IMG/VR virus record: IMGVR_UViG_3300008216_002531
Location: 32,001 to 96,000 of that record
Direction: 5' to 3' (one strand)
Length of the DNA stretch: 64,000 bases
DNA from: a virus
The notes below the pieces were generated by a model. It searched no databases. It saw only the letters and a program-made list of their open reading frames with translations, and had not been told where the DNA came from. Positions within the stretch are counted from its first letter, which is position 1; each line of letters starts with the position of its first letter. Below are positions 37,508 through 46,852 of the stretch, in pieces. Position numbers and translations under genes: made by a program.

Positions 37508-39164
37508 TGTTGGGCATCCATGGTGGTCTTGGCTCTTGAATCATTCCTGTTCGTCTTTGTTCCCAATAATTTTTGCGATCACGAATTTCTGATAATTGAT
37601 TATAGGCCTCTTGCAAGTTGAATTCCCTAAACGCCGGTCGTCCGTATGCATAAGAATCTTCGTTAAAGTACAAACTACTGGTTCCTTCTATAAATACTCC
37701 ATAATTCAGATCTCTAATCAATCTTGCTTCAAGATAAGTATCAAGTTGTTCTGGCTCTCCTAAAACATTGATAATGAGCCATTTAGCTAAATCTCTATTA
37801 TTCAGATCACTTGGGACCGAGTTAGACGGAGAGTGCAGTCTGGGTGGAGATTCCCAGATACCTTCTTTAATTGGGACTGAGTCAAAATGGTCTGCCCATT
37901 TTTTTGCTGTATCATCGTATTGATAATGTTTTATGAATCGTTTTCTGGTTTTTTTCCCAAGCGAGGATTGCTTTTCATCCGTTAATTCAAAAAATTCTTG
38001 GAACTTTTTAGCAGTATAGTCATTGTCTGGAATAGCCCTTATGCAACCAGTTTCTAATTCCAGATATTTTGTTTTTAGTTTAAGAGGTTCTCCTCCGAGC
38101 TTTCTTATGACACTATGCATTGCGGAATAATCCACAGACATCACTGGGACTCCGCAAGCGGCAGCTTCTACTTGGGGAAGACCGAACCCTTCGCTGTTCG
38201 CATACTGTACGTATAAATCAAACGTATTTATTATCTTAGCCAAAAACTCTGGAGATGCCCCTCTTTGTACATTAGCCAATCCAGATTTGAATTCTCCACA
38301 CCGTGAGCATTTAGAAACCGCGTCGTGGAAAAACGATGGAAAAATATGCCCACAGGCCTCACAAACGTAAGTAAAAATTACTTTGCTACAAAGACCATAT
38401 TGTTTTAATAGCTTGGGAATATCCCAGCCAACGTCAGGATAGCTAGTGTGACAATATAGAAAAACGTCGCTATTGTTGTACGAATCTAGAAACTTCCTAA
38501 AGGCATCAAACAAATCTGGAAACAGCTTTCGTCGCTGATTCCTCATTATAGTGCCTATTATTTTTGCGTCTGGGCTTAAATCCAGAGATTGCCTATTTTG
38601 GATTTTGTCTACAGTAGGCTTGTACACTTCGTCAGCAGAAGGTGGAGCGCTACCTAAGCAACTGATGGAACCCCCTCCTTCTTTAGCTAGAGTTTTCACC
38701 GCCCAATCAGAATATGTAAATACCGCGTCGGCATTAGCATAAGTAGTTAGCCATTGTTCATTTTGGCCTTCCGCGTCTACCGTTGGCATTATGGCCCAAT
38801 GAAACAAATTGCGGAAAGGAGATCTTTCCTCAAATTCTAACATCCAGAAGTCTCTTATGTCAAAAACAATATCCGGCTTAAAGTCTAAAAGAACTTCTTC
38901 AAATCGCCATTCGCCAAATTGGTATACTCCGTTTGAGTTATACTTATTGGTAGCTTCACGGTTGTCGGGAAGTGGAGCGTTGGGATATGTTGTCCAAGGA
39001 ATCTCTTGTAGGCGAGGTTCTTTTGGATGCGCATATATAGATAGCTCCGCAAGCTCGTACTTGTCGGAGCTATACAATCTTTTCATAACCTCTCGGCCAT
39101 ACGTAGCGTAGCCTGTGTTTAAAAACGAGGCTTCGTTACATAGAAGTATCCTCTTTTTCCTCAC
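37491..39164 (-). CDS. Large GT4 glycosyltransferase with an internal Zn-ribbon insert
   Basis: TGYATYGRE, MRNQRRK, EGFGLPQVEAAACGVP; CEAC...CSRC insert. Likely GTG start at 39164 (track ORF extends to 39203). Confidence 0.85.
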   Translation of the reverse strand: MRKKRILLCNEASFLNTGYATYGREVMKRLYSSDKYELAELSIYAHPKEPRLQEIPWTTYPNAPLPDNREATNKYNSNGVYQFGEWRFEEVLLDFKPDIVFDIRDFWMLEFEERSPFRNLFHWAIMPTVDAEGQNEQWLTTYANADAVFTYSDWAVKTLAKEGGGSISCLGSAPPSADEVYKPTVDKIQNRQSLDLSPDAKIIGTIMRNQRRKLFPDLFDAFRKFLDSYNNSDVFLYCHTSYPDVGWDIPKLLKQYGLCSKVIFTYVCEACGHIFPSFFHDAVSKCSRCGEFKSGLANVQRGASPEFLAKIINTFDLYVQYANSEGFGLPQVEAAACGVPVMSVDYSAMHSVIRKLGGEPLKLKTKYLELETGCIRAIPDNDYTAKKFQEFFELTDEKQSSLGKKTRKRFIKHYQYDDTAKKWADHFDSVPIKEGIWESPPRLHSPSNSVPSDLNNRDLAKWLIINVLGEPEQLDTYLEARLIRDLNYGVFIEGTSSLYFNEDSYAYGRPAFREFNLQEAYNQLSEIRDRKNYWEQRRTGMIQEPRPPWMPNNVSSV

Positions 39165-39630
39165 GATAATATTTTCTCGTTCTTTGTATGATTTTTCGAA
39201 CAATATGCTTAATTTGTCCTTTTGGACAAGACAGTTTTTCGGCTATCTCTTTGTGTGTATAGTTTTCGGACTTCATTTTTAGTACCAATTTTTCTTTTTC
39301 GCTCAGGCAATCTGGTATTAATTCCCACAACTCTTCTTTTGTTGTATACCAGTTATCTTTTTTGAATGAGGCATTTACAGACTTCTTTTTGTTTTTCCTC
39401 ATATACCTAAAGATTTCATTCCTTACGCAAACAGTGGCAAAAGTAGAAAATTGGCTTTTTTCGGAATCATAATTTCTTATGGCTTTTATAAGACCTATGA
39501 AGCCCACTTGCATGTAGTCTTCTAGATCGTTTTTGTGAGAAGCCAATCGAATAGCCTGAGAAACAACCAGCCCATAATGCTTATTGACTAGCTGACTCTC
39601 AGGATCTTCGACTGGATTTTCATATGTCAT
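39136..39630 (-). CDS. RNA polymerase sigma-70 family factor (regions 2 and 4 only)
   Basis: EDYMQVGFIGLIKAIRNYD...FSTFA..CVRNEI (region 2); LSEKEK.VL...YTHKEIAEKL (region 4 HTH). Confidence 0.9.
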   Translation of the reverse strand: MTYENPVEDPESQLVNKHYGLVVSQAIRLASHKNDLEDYMQVGFIGLIKAIRNYDSEKSQFSTFATVCVRNEIFRYMRKNKKKSVNASFKKDNWYTTKEELWELIPDCLSEKEKLVLKMKSENYTHKEIAEKLSCPKGQIKHIVRKIIQRTRKYYREEKEDTSM

Positions 39631-40017
39631 TTAAAATGGGGCGGCGTCAGATCGCGCTTGTGAAGTTACTGGTTCTCGCTCTTCATTATCGTTTTGAAAT
39701 CTATTATTGAAAAGCTTGAATTTATTTACTCGAAACTTAATCTTAGATCTACGATTTCCATCCTTATCCGTCCACTTGTCTTGGCGAGCGCAAGCCATTA
39801 CAGCTATTTCGTCTCCCTTTGAGCAGTATCTATCAATTGTAGTCGCTCCGCTATCCCAAGCCTCAAAATCAAGATAATCGACTTTCTTGCTCTTTTCTCC
39901 ATCTTTTGATTTACGATACTCGTTAACAGCGAGGGTGAACCTAACTACCGAAGTTTCATTAACATCGGTAAGCTCTGGGTCTTGAACCAAGCGACCTATA
40001 AAGTGACAATTATTCAT
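39631..40017 (-). CDS. ssb: Single-stranded DNA-binding protein
   Basis: MN.CHFIGRLV.DPEL...F.LAV...W.DKDG..RS; acidic C-terminal tail ending DAAPF. Confidence 0.93.
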   Translation of the reverse strand: MNNCHFIGRLVQDPELTDVNETSVVRFTLAVNEYRKSKDGEKSKKVDYLDFEAWDSGATTIDRYCSKGDEIAVMACARQDKWTDKDGNRRSKIKFRVNKFKLFNNRFQNDNEEREPVTSQARSDAAPF

Positions 40018-40020
40018 TCT

Positions 40021-40596
40021 CTAAAGTCCTTCCATTAAAAAAGCCAAGTGGATTAACTCGTAACCCTTAGATACATTCTCTTTGTCTGCTAGATCTAAAA
40101 ACTCATTCGTAAACTCTGGGTAAGCCGCATAAAATATGTCTACTAATTTTTCCTCCAGCAACACTTGTTTTTCGTCATTTGGTGGTTTGATTAAATCAAT
40201 AAAAGTTGAGTCAGGACCAAGTTCTTCTCCTTCTACATTGTAGTAGATAATAAACTTCGTCGAGAGTTTTAATCTCTCTGTTTTCATCAGAATGTCTTGA
40301 AAAATAATTATTCTAGAGGCATAGGCAGGACAGTCGATGAATACTGGCTTGGTGCTTTCTGAAGAATAATAATGTACGCCTGAAGGCAGAGGGTCTTCTT
40401 GAATCTGATATATGCAAATAGTTTCTTGTTCGTCTTGATCAACAGTTTTTTTAAGAGGGAAAGTAACAGCGCACCCAATGCCATCAAAATCAGAGGCGAC
40501 GACTTTGACAACATAGTCGTGTTCTTTGAAGAAATTTACGAGCGCCTGATTATCCATCCTGTAACCTATAAAACGCGCAAGGGGCGTTTTTTGCAC
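40021..40596 (-). CDS. Hypothetical protein (191 aa)
   Basis: ORF between dnaE-C and ssb; no recognisable motif. Confidence 0.5.
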   Translation of the reverse strand: MQKTPLARFIGYRMDNQALVNFFKEHDYVVKVVASDFDGIGCAVTFPLKKTVDQDEQETICIYQIQEDPLPSGVHYYSSESTKPVFIDCPAYASRIIIFQDILMKTERLKLSTKFIIYYNVEGEELGPDSTFIDLIKPPNDEKQVLLEEKLVDIFYAAYPEFTNEFLDLADKENVSKGYELIHLAFLMEGL

Positions 40597-42281
40597 TATA
40601 TTTGGGAAACTTTTTGCACAATAAAACCGTCGTCGATCTGGTATCGCCTCTTACCACGAGACAATTCCCCGGAGGACTTTCCGTAAAGCAAAACTGTATT
40701 GCCCTCATACAAAAGCCCTTTGTGTTTTTTCCATTCGTCGCAAAACACAGTCACTGTTTCTAGACATCCGGTATTGTCCTCCACAACCAAGAACCCCATA
40801 GGGCTTCCTTTTGACCGTCCATTTTTTACAACATACTCATTAACATTAGAAACTTGCACTGCTAAAATTATATTACCACGTTTGCCGTCAAAAAACTCTT
40901 TACATGTGGAATTTGACCCGCTCGCATCACAAGAGTCTACTTCGCTGTAGCTTAGCGCTATTCCCAAAGTTTCTTTTTCTATATTGGACACCCACCCCGG
41001 ACTATCTTCCAAGGAATAAGGAGGATTTTTCAATAGCAGAACTAGACTTTCAACAATAGAGTTTCTTGTGGTGTTAAATGTTCCACCTCCATTCTTTTTG
41101 GTGGGAGACAGTTTAGACAAAGCGTCGGCTAGACACTCCCACTCCTCCTGTCTCTCAACCACCCACTCTTTCTCCTTATCTGTTAGTTTCTGCCATGTTT
41201 CAAATTCGTACAACATCCTGCTCCTACTCATGCCAAAATGGGACATGGACCCCACAGACACAAGAGAAACCATTATGTTTTTATTGATTTTATGAGACGT
41301 ATTGACTAAAAATTGATACCATGACCAGTCTGCTATTGGTTTTGATAGACTGCTCTCCACGGAGTCTATTACTTGTATCAATTTTTCCACATGTTTTTCT
41401 CCAACAGATTTTATATCGTTGAATCCAAAGTTTATGACTTTATTTCTAATGCTAAACTTGGAATCCATATTGACGACAGAAGGAGGGGAAACTTGTATGC
41501 CTGATATTTTAGCATCCCTTATTAGATCTCTGACTTCAGACTGGGGATCTTGTTTTCCATTAGCGTAAAATAAATAGTTACAGTAGAAATTTATAGGAAA
41601 ATGGGCCTTGGCGTAGGCTGACCAGTAGGCGCAAACAGCATAAGAAACTGCGTGGCTTTTGTTAAAAGCATACCGGTTGGACTTTTCAATCCATCCAAAA
41701 ATTTCTTCGGTCACTTCGCTAGTAACGATTCCTTTACTAGAGGCTCCTTCTAGGAAAGACTCCTTTACTTCTGACATGAGGCCAGCTTGTTTTTTGCCGA
41801 TAGCTTTTCTCAAGCCGTCTGCTTGTTGCAAATCAAAGCCCGCTATAACCTGAGCTATTTGCATGCTTTGTTCTTGATATACTAGCACCCCTTGAGTAGA
41901 CTTTAGGATAGGCTCCAAGGAATCGTGTAAATATGAAACCTCTTCCGATCCATTTTTTCTGTCTACATAGTGCTGTGTCATTGACTTGCCGTCAATAATA
42001 GCTTTTAGACATCCCGGTCTAATAAGAGCAATAAGAGCGGCTAACTCCTCAATGTTTTTAGGGCGGATTCTTTTTGCCCAAGATTTTCCCAAATTACTTT
42101 CTAGTTGAAATACACCTTTGGTTCTCCCGGTAGATATCAAATCCCAAGTCTTGTCACAATCGTAACCGCATTGGCTGATGTCAAAGCGAGTAGACGGCAA
42201 TCCGGTTTGCGACAACGTGGTCGGGTGATCTGGGTCTAGAACTTCAAAAGAACACCCGCAATCAAATTCGTAGTTTTTCAT
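40596..42281 (-). CDS. dnaE: DNA polymerase III alpha subunit, C-terminal half (fingers, HhH, OB fold)
   Basis: TKGVFQLES, ALIRPG, LVYQEQSMQIA..IAGF...AD.LRKAIGKK, YAFNKSHA..Y, EKETLG, OB fold M.FL..ED.TG. Start probably ATG 42281. Confidence 0.93.
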   Translation of the reverse strand: MKNYEFDCGCSFEVLDPDHPTTLSQTGLPSTRFDISQCGYDCDKTWDLISTGRTKGVFQLESNLGKSWAKRIRPKNIEELAALIALIRPGCLKAIIDGKSMTQHYVDRKNGSEEVSYLHDSLEPILKSTQGVLVYQEQSMQIAQVIAGFDLQQADGLRKAIGKKQAGLMSEVKESFLEGASSKGIVTSEVTEEIFGWIEKSNRYAFNKSHAVSYAVCAYWSAYAKAHFPINFYCNYLFYANGKQDPQSEVRDLIRDAKISGIQVSPPSVVNMDSKFSIRNKVINFGFNDIKSVGEKHVEKLIQVIDSVESSLSKPIADWSWYQFLVNTSHKINKNIMVSLVSVGSMSHFGMSRSRMLYEFETWQKLTDKEKEWVVERQEEWECLADALSKLSPTKKNGGGTFNTTRNSIVESLVLLLKNPPYSLEDSPGWVSNIEKETLGIALSYSEVDSCDASGSNSTCKEFFDGKRGNIILAVQVSNVNEYVVKNGRSKGSPMGFLVVEDNTGCLETVTVFCDEWKKHKGLLYEGNTVLLYGKSSGELSRGKRRYQIDDGFIVQKVSQI

Positions 42282-42942
42282 CGGCCAGAGCCTTTTCAAA
42301 TTTTACCTTGGGAGCAAAATGTCTATACAGCTTAAGAAATTTTATCAGGACAGACGCGGTATCTTTCACGTCTTGCAGAGCGTCGTGCGCATTGTCTTTA
42401 GGCATTCCCATCCAATCTCTAATAGAATCCATGCTGACGCTTCTTATATCTGGATTGTTTTCAGTCCACATGAATACATTATTCATTAAGTCCATACTAT
42501 GGATAGTGTGAAACAACCCCTGCTGGTTTCTTTTTTTATTCATAGGACCGTATTCTCTACATAAACGATTTGCGATAATCATATCGAAATTATTTATATT
42601 GTGTCCGGCGGGTATTGGAGCCGTCCAACTACCCTTTTTATAATTAAACCTGTCTACGAATTTAGTAAATCTATCCCACACCGTTTTTAAATGTGGGGCT
42701 TTTGCTAATTCGGCTCTAGTTTTTCCATTTACAGCTAGGGCCTCTTCTTCTAAGGGGTCTAATCCAGCAGCTACCGCTTTTTCATCCCCTAGTGGCTTGA
42801 TCAGAGATTCAAAATATCCATTAGGTTGTACAGACAGTCTACGACCGTGTATCATTACGGCGGCAATTTGTACTGGTTGAGTTGTCAGTGGGTTTCTACT
42901 GCCTGTTTCAAAATCAAACACACAGATATCATTATAATTCAT
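42262..42942 (-). CDS. DEDDh 3'-5' exonuclease (DnaQ/epsilon-like)
   Basis: VFDFETG (ExoI), GHNINNFD (ExoII), HDALQD (ExoIII); directly upstream of dnaE-C. Confidence 0.9.
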   Translation of the reverse strand: MNYNDICVFDFETGSRNPLTTQPVQIAAVMIHGRRLSVQPNGYFESLIKPLGDEKAVAAGLDPLEEEALAVNGKTRAELAKAPHLKTVWDRFTKFVDRFNYKKGSWTAPIPAGHNINNFDMIIANRLCREYGPMNKKRNQQGLFHTIHSMDLMNNVFMWTENNPDIRSVSMDSIRDWMGMPKDNAHDALQDVKDTASVLIKFLKLYRHFAPKVKFEKALADEKLRI

Positions 42943-44032
42943 CTACAGAGTCCTCTTCTTTTTCAACTAAAAATTCCATCTTATTATTGAAATCTTCAAA
43001 CGATAGATCTCCATATCTTAGTGTTTGGCGAGAAAATAATTTGTCATATTTTCCTTCTGCAATAAGCGAGGCCGCACAAGCAGCGCCATATCCTGTGCAA
43101 CGCTGCATGGCTGAAAAGTTTTCGTCTGGCGGAACGAGTAGTTCTTGAATTTTTTCATCAATAGATATGTAGATAATAACACAGTCTTCTACTTGATGTT
43201 TTGCACAACTTTTTGTGAAGATCTTTTTAAGAGTTGGTCGATCCAGTTCGCATTCTTCGATTAGCAACTTAATGGTTTTGAGATGTCCCGGCCACCTAAG
43301 AGTCTTATATGAAACATGAGTAGCTCCCAAGTTTTTAAGGCTGTGGACGCTATAAGATGATCCCCCGCTTGTATAAAAAGCTTCTAAAACCCCCAAGCTC
43401 TGAGTGGAAACAGTTTCATAGCCTTCTAGAGACTTAACAGAAGTTATCTCTCCGTTATTTAAGATTGTAGAGTTTTCTGTGTATTCATTAATAAGGCCAT
43501 CAAGAGACCAGCTACAAAAATAATTAAAATGATCGTCTTTAGAAGCTCTTCGAGGTAGTCCTCCAACCATTATATTTACTGTTTTTGGTTTTTTTTCATC
43601 TTCTTCGGCAATCTGCTTGTATAGATTTTCTGTAAGTATGTTTGCTAATCCGGGGGCCAAGCCTAAATCTGTCATTACTGGTTTAGATCCGTTGCTGACA
43701 GCAAAGCTATTAATATATTCGCTTACTTCTTCATTGCCACCAAGATCACAATATCTAATTCCATTCTTTATGCAATATCTAGCAACATCTTTGTTGTTGT
43801 AATATGGGAGAGCAGAAATCACAACGTCTGGAAAGGGTCGGGATATTGATTTTGATATGTGGCCTTCTAATTTTGGGATACAATGTGTTTTTGCCGATTG
43901 GCTTAAAAAAGAATTGCATTTGTCCAATGCTTCTTGAGATAGGTCTACTAGTTCTAGCTCGTAGCCAAGTCTTTCCATAGCCCAAGCCGTAGATTGACCC
44001 ATTCTTCCAGCACCAAAAATAATAGCTCTCAT
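42932..44032 (-). CDS. Saccharopine dehydrogenase / lysine 6-dehydrogenase family oxidoreductase
   Basis: IFGAGRMG, VISALPY, YCDLGG, DLGLAPGL.N, VGGLP, WS.DGLINEY, EAFYTSGG, YKTLRWPGH, SAMQRCTG. Confidence 0.88.
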   Translation of the reverse strand: MRAIIFGAGRMGQSTAWAMERLGYELELVDLSQEALDKCNSFLSQSAKTHCIPKLEGHISKSISRPFPDVVISALPYYNNKDVARYCIKNGIRYCDLGGNEEVSEYINSFAVSNGSKPVMTDLGLAPGLANILTENLYKQIAEEDEKKPKTVNIMVGGLPRRASKDDHFNYFCSWSLDGLINEYTENSTILNNGEITSVKSLEGYETVSTQSLGVLEAFYTSGGSSYSVHSLKNLGATHVSYKTLRWPGHLKTIKLLIEECELDRPTLKKIFTKSCAKHQVEDCVIIYISIDEKIQELLVPPDENFSAMQRCTGYGAACAASLIAEGKYDKLFSRQTLRYGDLSFEDFNNKMEFLVEKEEDSVDEL

Positions 44033-44868
44033 TGTACCGCTCTCCCCTTAAGTTCTTCCCAATCTTTTTCTGGCCTAACCACCAAGTTGGTGTCCCACGC
44101 CCCAATTAGAGTGTTGGGAGATATTCCAAAGTCTGCTGCGTGTTTTATGATAGCGTTGAGATCTTTTGGAAAACAACTTCCGCCGAACCCCAGACTTCCA
44201 TCTGGGCCGGGAACCGACCAGTGAGAGCCTCCCAGTCTCTCGTCGTGTATAGCATACTCAATCACCTTGTCGTAGTCAACTCCGTTCGCTTCGCACATAG
44301 CGGAGAATTCGTTTGCTAGCGACACTTTAGCCGCTAAGAAGCAATTGGTAAGATACTTAACATACTCTGCTATAGTTGAGTCTGTTTTTATAATAGAAGC
44401 CTTCGGAAAGATGTTGGCGTAAAATTGCTTTAGTCTTGTGGTGGCTGGTCTAGGGCCACCCAGAATAACACGGGTAGTGTTACGAAAATCTTCCGCCGCG
44501 TTTCTTTCTAGTAAGAATTCTGGGTTGAATACTACTTGAGAGTCTTGGCACATCTCATTAATAAAGGAGGTGGTGCCCGGAGGAACTGTAGATTTAATAA
44601 CTATGATATTTTGTCTGCCAGTTCCACACGCTTCCAAACAAACAGTTTTTACGATTGAGGTATCGCACGATCCATCTAGCTTCATTGGTGTTGGAACACA
44701 TACAAACACCACGTCGCAATCATGGGATAAGTCTGTTATTGTTTTATGCGTTGATAGATCTGCATGTGCTTTATCATAAGTGTATACCTTATTGTAACAA
44801 GAGAAGACTTCGGTCAGCGCCGACCCTACAAACCCCTGTCCTATTATTCCTATTGCTCTTATTTTCAT
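44029..44868 (-). CDS. UDP-glucose/GDP-mannose dehydrogenase family protein lacking the C-terminal domain
   Basis: IGQGFVG, FVCVPTP, IKSTVPPG, FNPEFL, KY..N.FLA.K, GFGGSCFPKD (catalytic Cys). Start moved to ATG 44868 (ATGA coupling). Confidence 0.88.
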   Translation of the reverse strand: MKIRAIGIIGQGFVGSALTEVFSCYNKVYTYDKAHADLSTHKTITDLSHDCDVVFVCVPTPMKLDGSCDTSIVKTVCLEACGTGRQNIIVIKSTVPPGTTSFINEMCQDSQVVFNPEFLLERNAAEDFRNTTRVILGGPRPATTRLKQFYANIFPKASIIKTDSTIAEYVKYLTNCFLAAKVSLANEFSAMCEANGVDYDKVIEYAIHDERLGGSHWSVPGPDGSLGFGGSCFPKDLNAIIKHAADFGISPNTLIGAWDTNLVVRPEKDWEELKGRAVQ

Positions 44869-46073
44869 AGATTTTCTACAGCCTCTTTTATATATTGACA
44901 CGCTACATCCGCGTCCTCTTTAGAGAATGTAAGAGCGGGTCTAAGTCTAATTGATCTACTGCCGCATTTTAATACGAGCATATTTTCTTGTAACAACTCT
45001 ACCATTCTATCTCGAAGTTCTGAGGATGGCAGATCAAACGCTATCATGAGTCCTCGCCCCCTTACATTGTCTATTTCGCTTATACTTCTAAGACACCATA
45101 ATAAATGAGAGCCTACATCGCTAACATCAGCAATCAAATCTTCCCTGTTGATGGCATCTACTATATAGTTAAATCTAACCATATCAACTATATTGCCACC
45201 CCATGTAGAATTTATTCTGCCACTAGTATTGAAGACGTTGTGTTTTACTTCATCAATTCGTTCAGTAGAGCAGAAACCACACACCTGAGTCTTTTTGCCA
45301 AAGCACATCATGTCAGGAACAACGTCGAAATGTTCGTAGGCCCACATCTTGCCAGTTAGCCCCATGCCAGTCTGCACTTCGTCAAATATAAGAAGACACT
45401 CGCGCTCATCAGCTATGCGTCTTAGATTTTTGAAAAACGCTACCGGAAAATGATTATCTCCACCCTCACCCTGTATCGGCTCTATGATAATCGCAGCAAC
45501 TTCTTCGTGGACACGGCGTTCGATGTCTTCCCAATCAGGCTCTACGGTAGTCCATCTAAACTTTGGGAACAGGGCGGTCTTTTCTGGGGTTGTATTGGTC
45601 AAAGAGAGTGTGTAGCCTGTCCTGCCATGAAAAGCGTTCTTGAGATGGAACACATCTAGGTTGTTAATATCAACCGTATGGATATATTTTAGTTTCTTGG
45701 CCTTCCAGTCAAATGCGGCTTTGAGGGCGTTTTCTACCCCAAGAGCGCCACCATCAATGAAAAAGTAGTGTTTAAAATCAGGAGTAATTTCAGAGAATTT
45801 CTCTACAAATTCAGCATAAGTACTGGAATACATATCACTATTAGCAAGCTTAACTCTTCCAGCCACGCCCATTTCGTTTTGTGCTTTTATTAATGCAGAA
45901 TGTCCCCACCCCAATGGCTGACTGGCAAATTGTGAATAGCAGTCTAAGTATTTCTTTCCTGTGTTTAAGTCTATAATATAAGAACCAAGGCTCTTCTGTT
46001 GGTCTACGACTACATGAAAACCGTCAACAAGTATGTGGTTCTTTAGCGTGTCTATAGCTTTAATGTCAGGCAT
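44865..46073 (-). CDS. lat: L-lysine 6-aminotransferase-like class III aminotransferase
   Basis: HILVDGF, K.ANSD.YS, FFIDGGALGVENALKAAFDWK, AFHGRTGYTLSLTNT, EPIQGEGGDNHF, DEVQTG, FGKKTQVCG, RINSTWGGN; these match the Lat subfamily. Confidence 0.9.
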   Translation of the reverse strand: MPDIKAIDTLKNHILVDGFHVVVDQQKSLGSYIIDLNTGKKYLDCYSQFASQPLGWGHSALIKAQNEMGVAGRVKLANSDMYSSTYAEFVEKFSEITPDFKHYFFIDGGALGVENALKAAFDWKAKKLKYIHTVDINNLDVFHLKNAFHGRTGYTLSLTNTTPEKTALFPKFRWTTVEPDWEDIERRVHEEVAAIIIEPIQGEGGDNHFPVAFFKNLRRIADERECLLIFDEVQTGMGLTGKMWAYEHFDVVPDMMCFGKKTQVCGFCSTERIDEVKHNVFNTSGRINSTWGGNIVDMVRFNYIVDAINREDLIADVSDVGSHLLWCLRSISEIDNVRGRGLMIAFDLPSSELRDRMVELLQENMLVLKCGSRSIRLRPALTFSKEDADVACQYIKEAVENL

Positions 46074-46852
46074 TTAACCGCTCCTCCCGATTTCATAAAT
46101 TCTGACATATCGCATATAGATGTCTTTTTACCAGAAAACGATAAGGAAAACATATCTGATGGGGTCACAACCGTCTTATTTATTTCAATACTGTTACAAA
46201 GAAAGTCTTGCGCTTGCTCTTCATGAACATTTAATACGTCAAGAACTCCTATTTCATGGCCGATCTCCATTAGCTTTTCCAAAATTCTTTCTTGGCTGAA
46301 CCTAGAAAAGGCTTGTTGATGATAAACAACTCTATTTTTCAAAGGAAGAAAACATGTGTCCAAATGATAGAATCTTGGATCAACTAATTCACAGGACACG
46401 ACATCAACTTTGAGAGTTTTTGAGATAATTTCGTGGGCTTCCGGGTCAGTTCTAAATCCATAGCCCATGAACAGGGTATTTTCAAAAAATAGGGCGTCTC
46501 CCTCTCCCTCAAAGCAAATGTGGTCTGGGATTTCAATTACTCTATAGCCGTGTTTTAGAAACCAATCTTTAAAGAACCACTTCTCGTCTCGTCTTTCCTG
46601 ATGTCTAAAATTTGATAATATCACTGTGTCTCGGTATACTAGTCCTGCGTTTGCGGTAAATACCATGTCGGGGTATCCACGCTCAGGCTCAATAAAGCTC
46701 AGTCTGGCTCCCGTTTTAGACAAAAGATCAACCATTTTCTCCCACTGGGAAAGAGCTAGGGCGGGATCGATATCATTATCAATATCCATCCAAGGATTGA
46801 TTTCGTAGTCTATATTAAAATATGTTGGTTTACACAGTAAAAGATCTGTCAT
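46052..46852 (-). CDS. Amidinotransferase-fold enzyme, similar to the arginine dihydrolase domain of ArgZ/AgrE
   Basis: C.P.YF.IDYEINPWM, PDMVFTANAGL, FEGEGD, GYGFRT, FYHLDTCF, EFMKSGGAVKCLT (catalytic Cys). Start moved to ATG 46852. Confidence 0.85.
   Translation of the reverse strand: MTDLLLCKPTYFNIDYEINPWMDIDNDIDPALALSQWEKMVDLLSKTGARLSFIEPERGYPDMVFTANAGLVYRDTVILSNFRHQERRDEKWFFKDWFLKHGYRVIEIPDHICFEGEGDALFFENTLFMGYGFRTDPEAHEIISKTLKVDVVSCELVDPRFYHLDTCFLPLKNRVVYHQQAFSRFSQERILEKLMEIGHEIGVLDVLNVHEEQAQDFLCNSIEINKTVVTPSDMFSLSFSGKKTSICDMSEFMKSGGAVKCLTLKL

Noticed and set aside
18876-39164. Bacterial chromosomal O-antigen/capsule locus
   Set aside because: No flippase, polymerase, ABC exporter or chain-length regulator, and the flanks are phage-type replication and structural genes.
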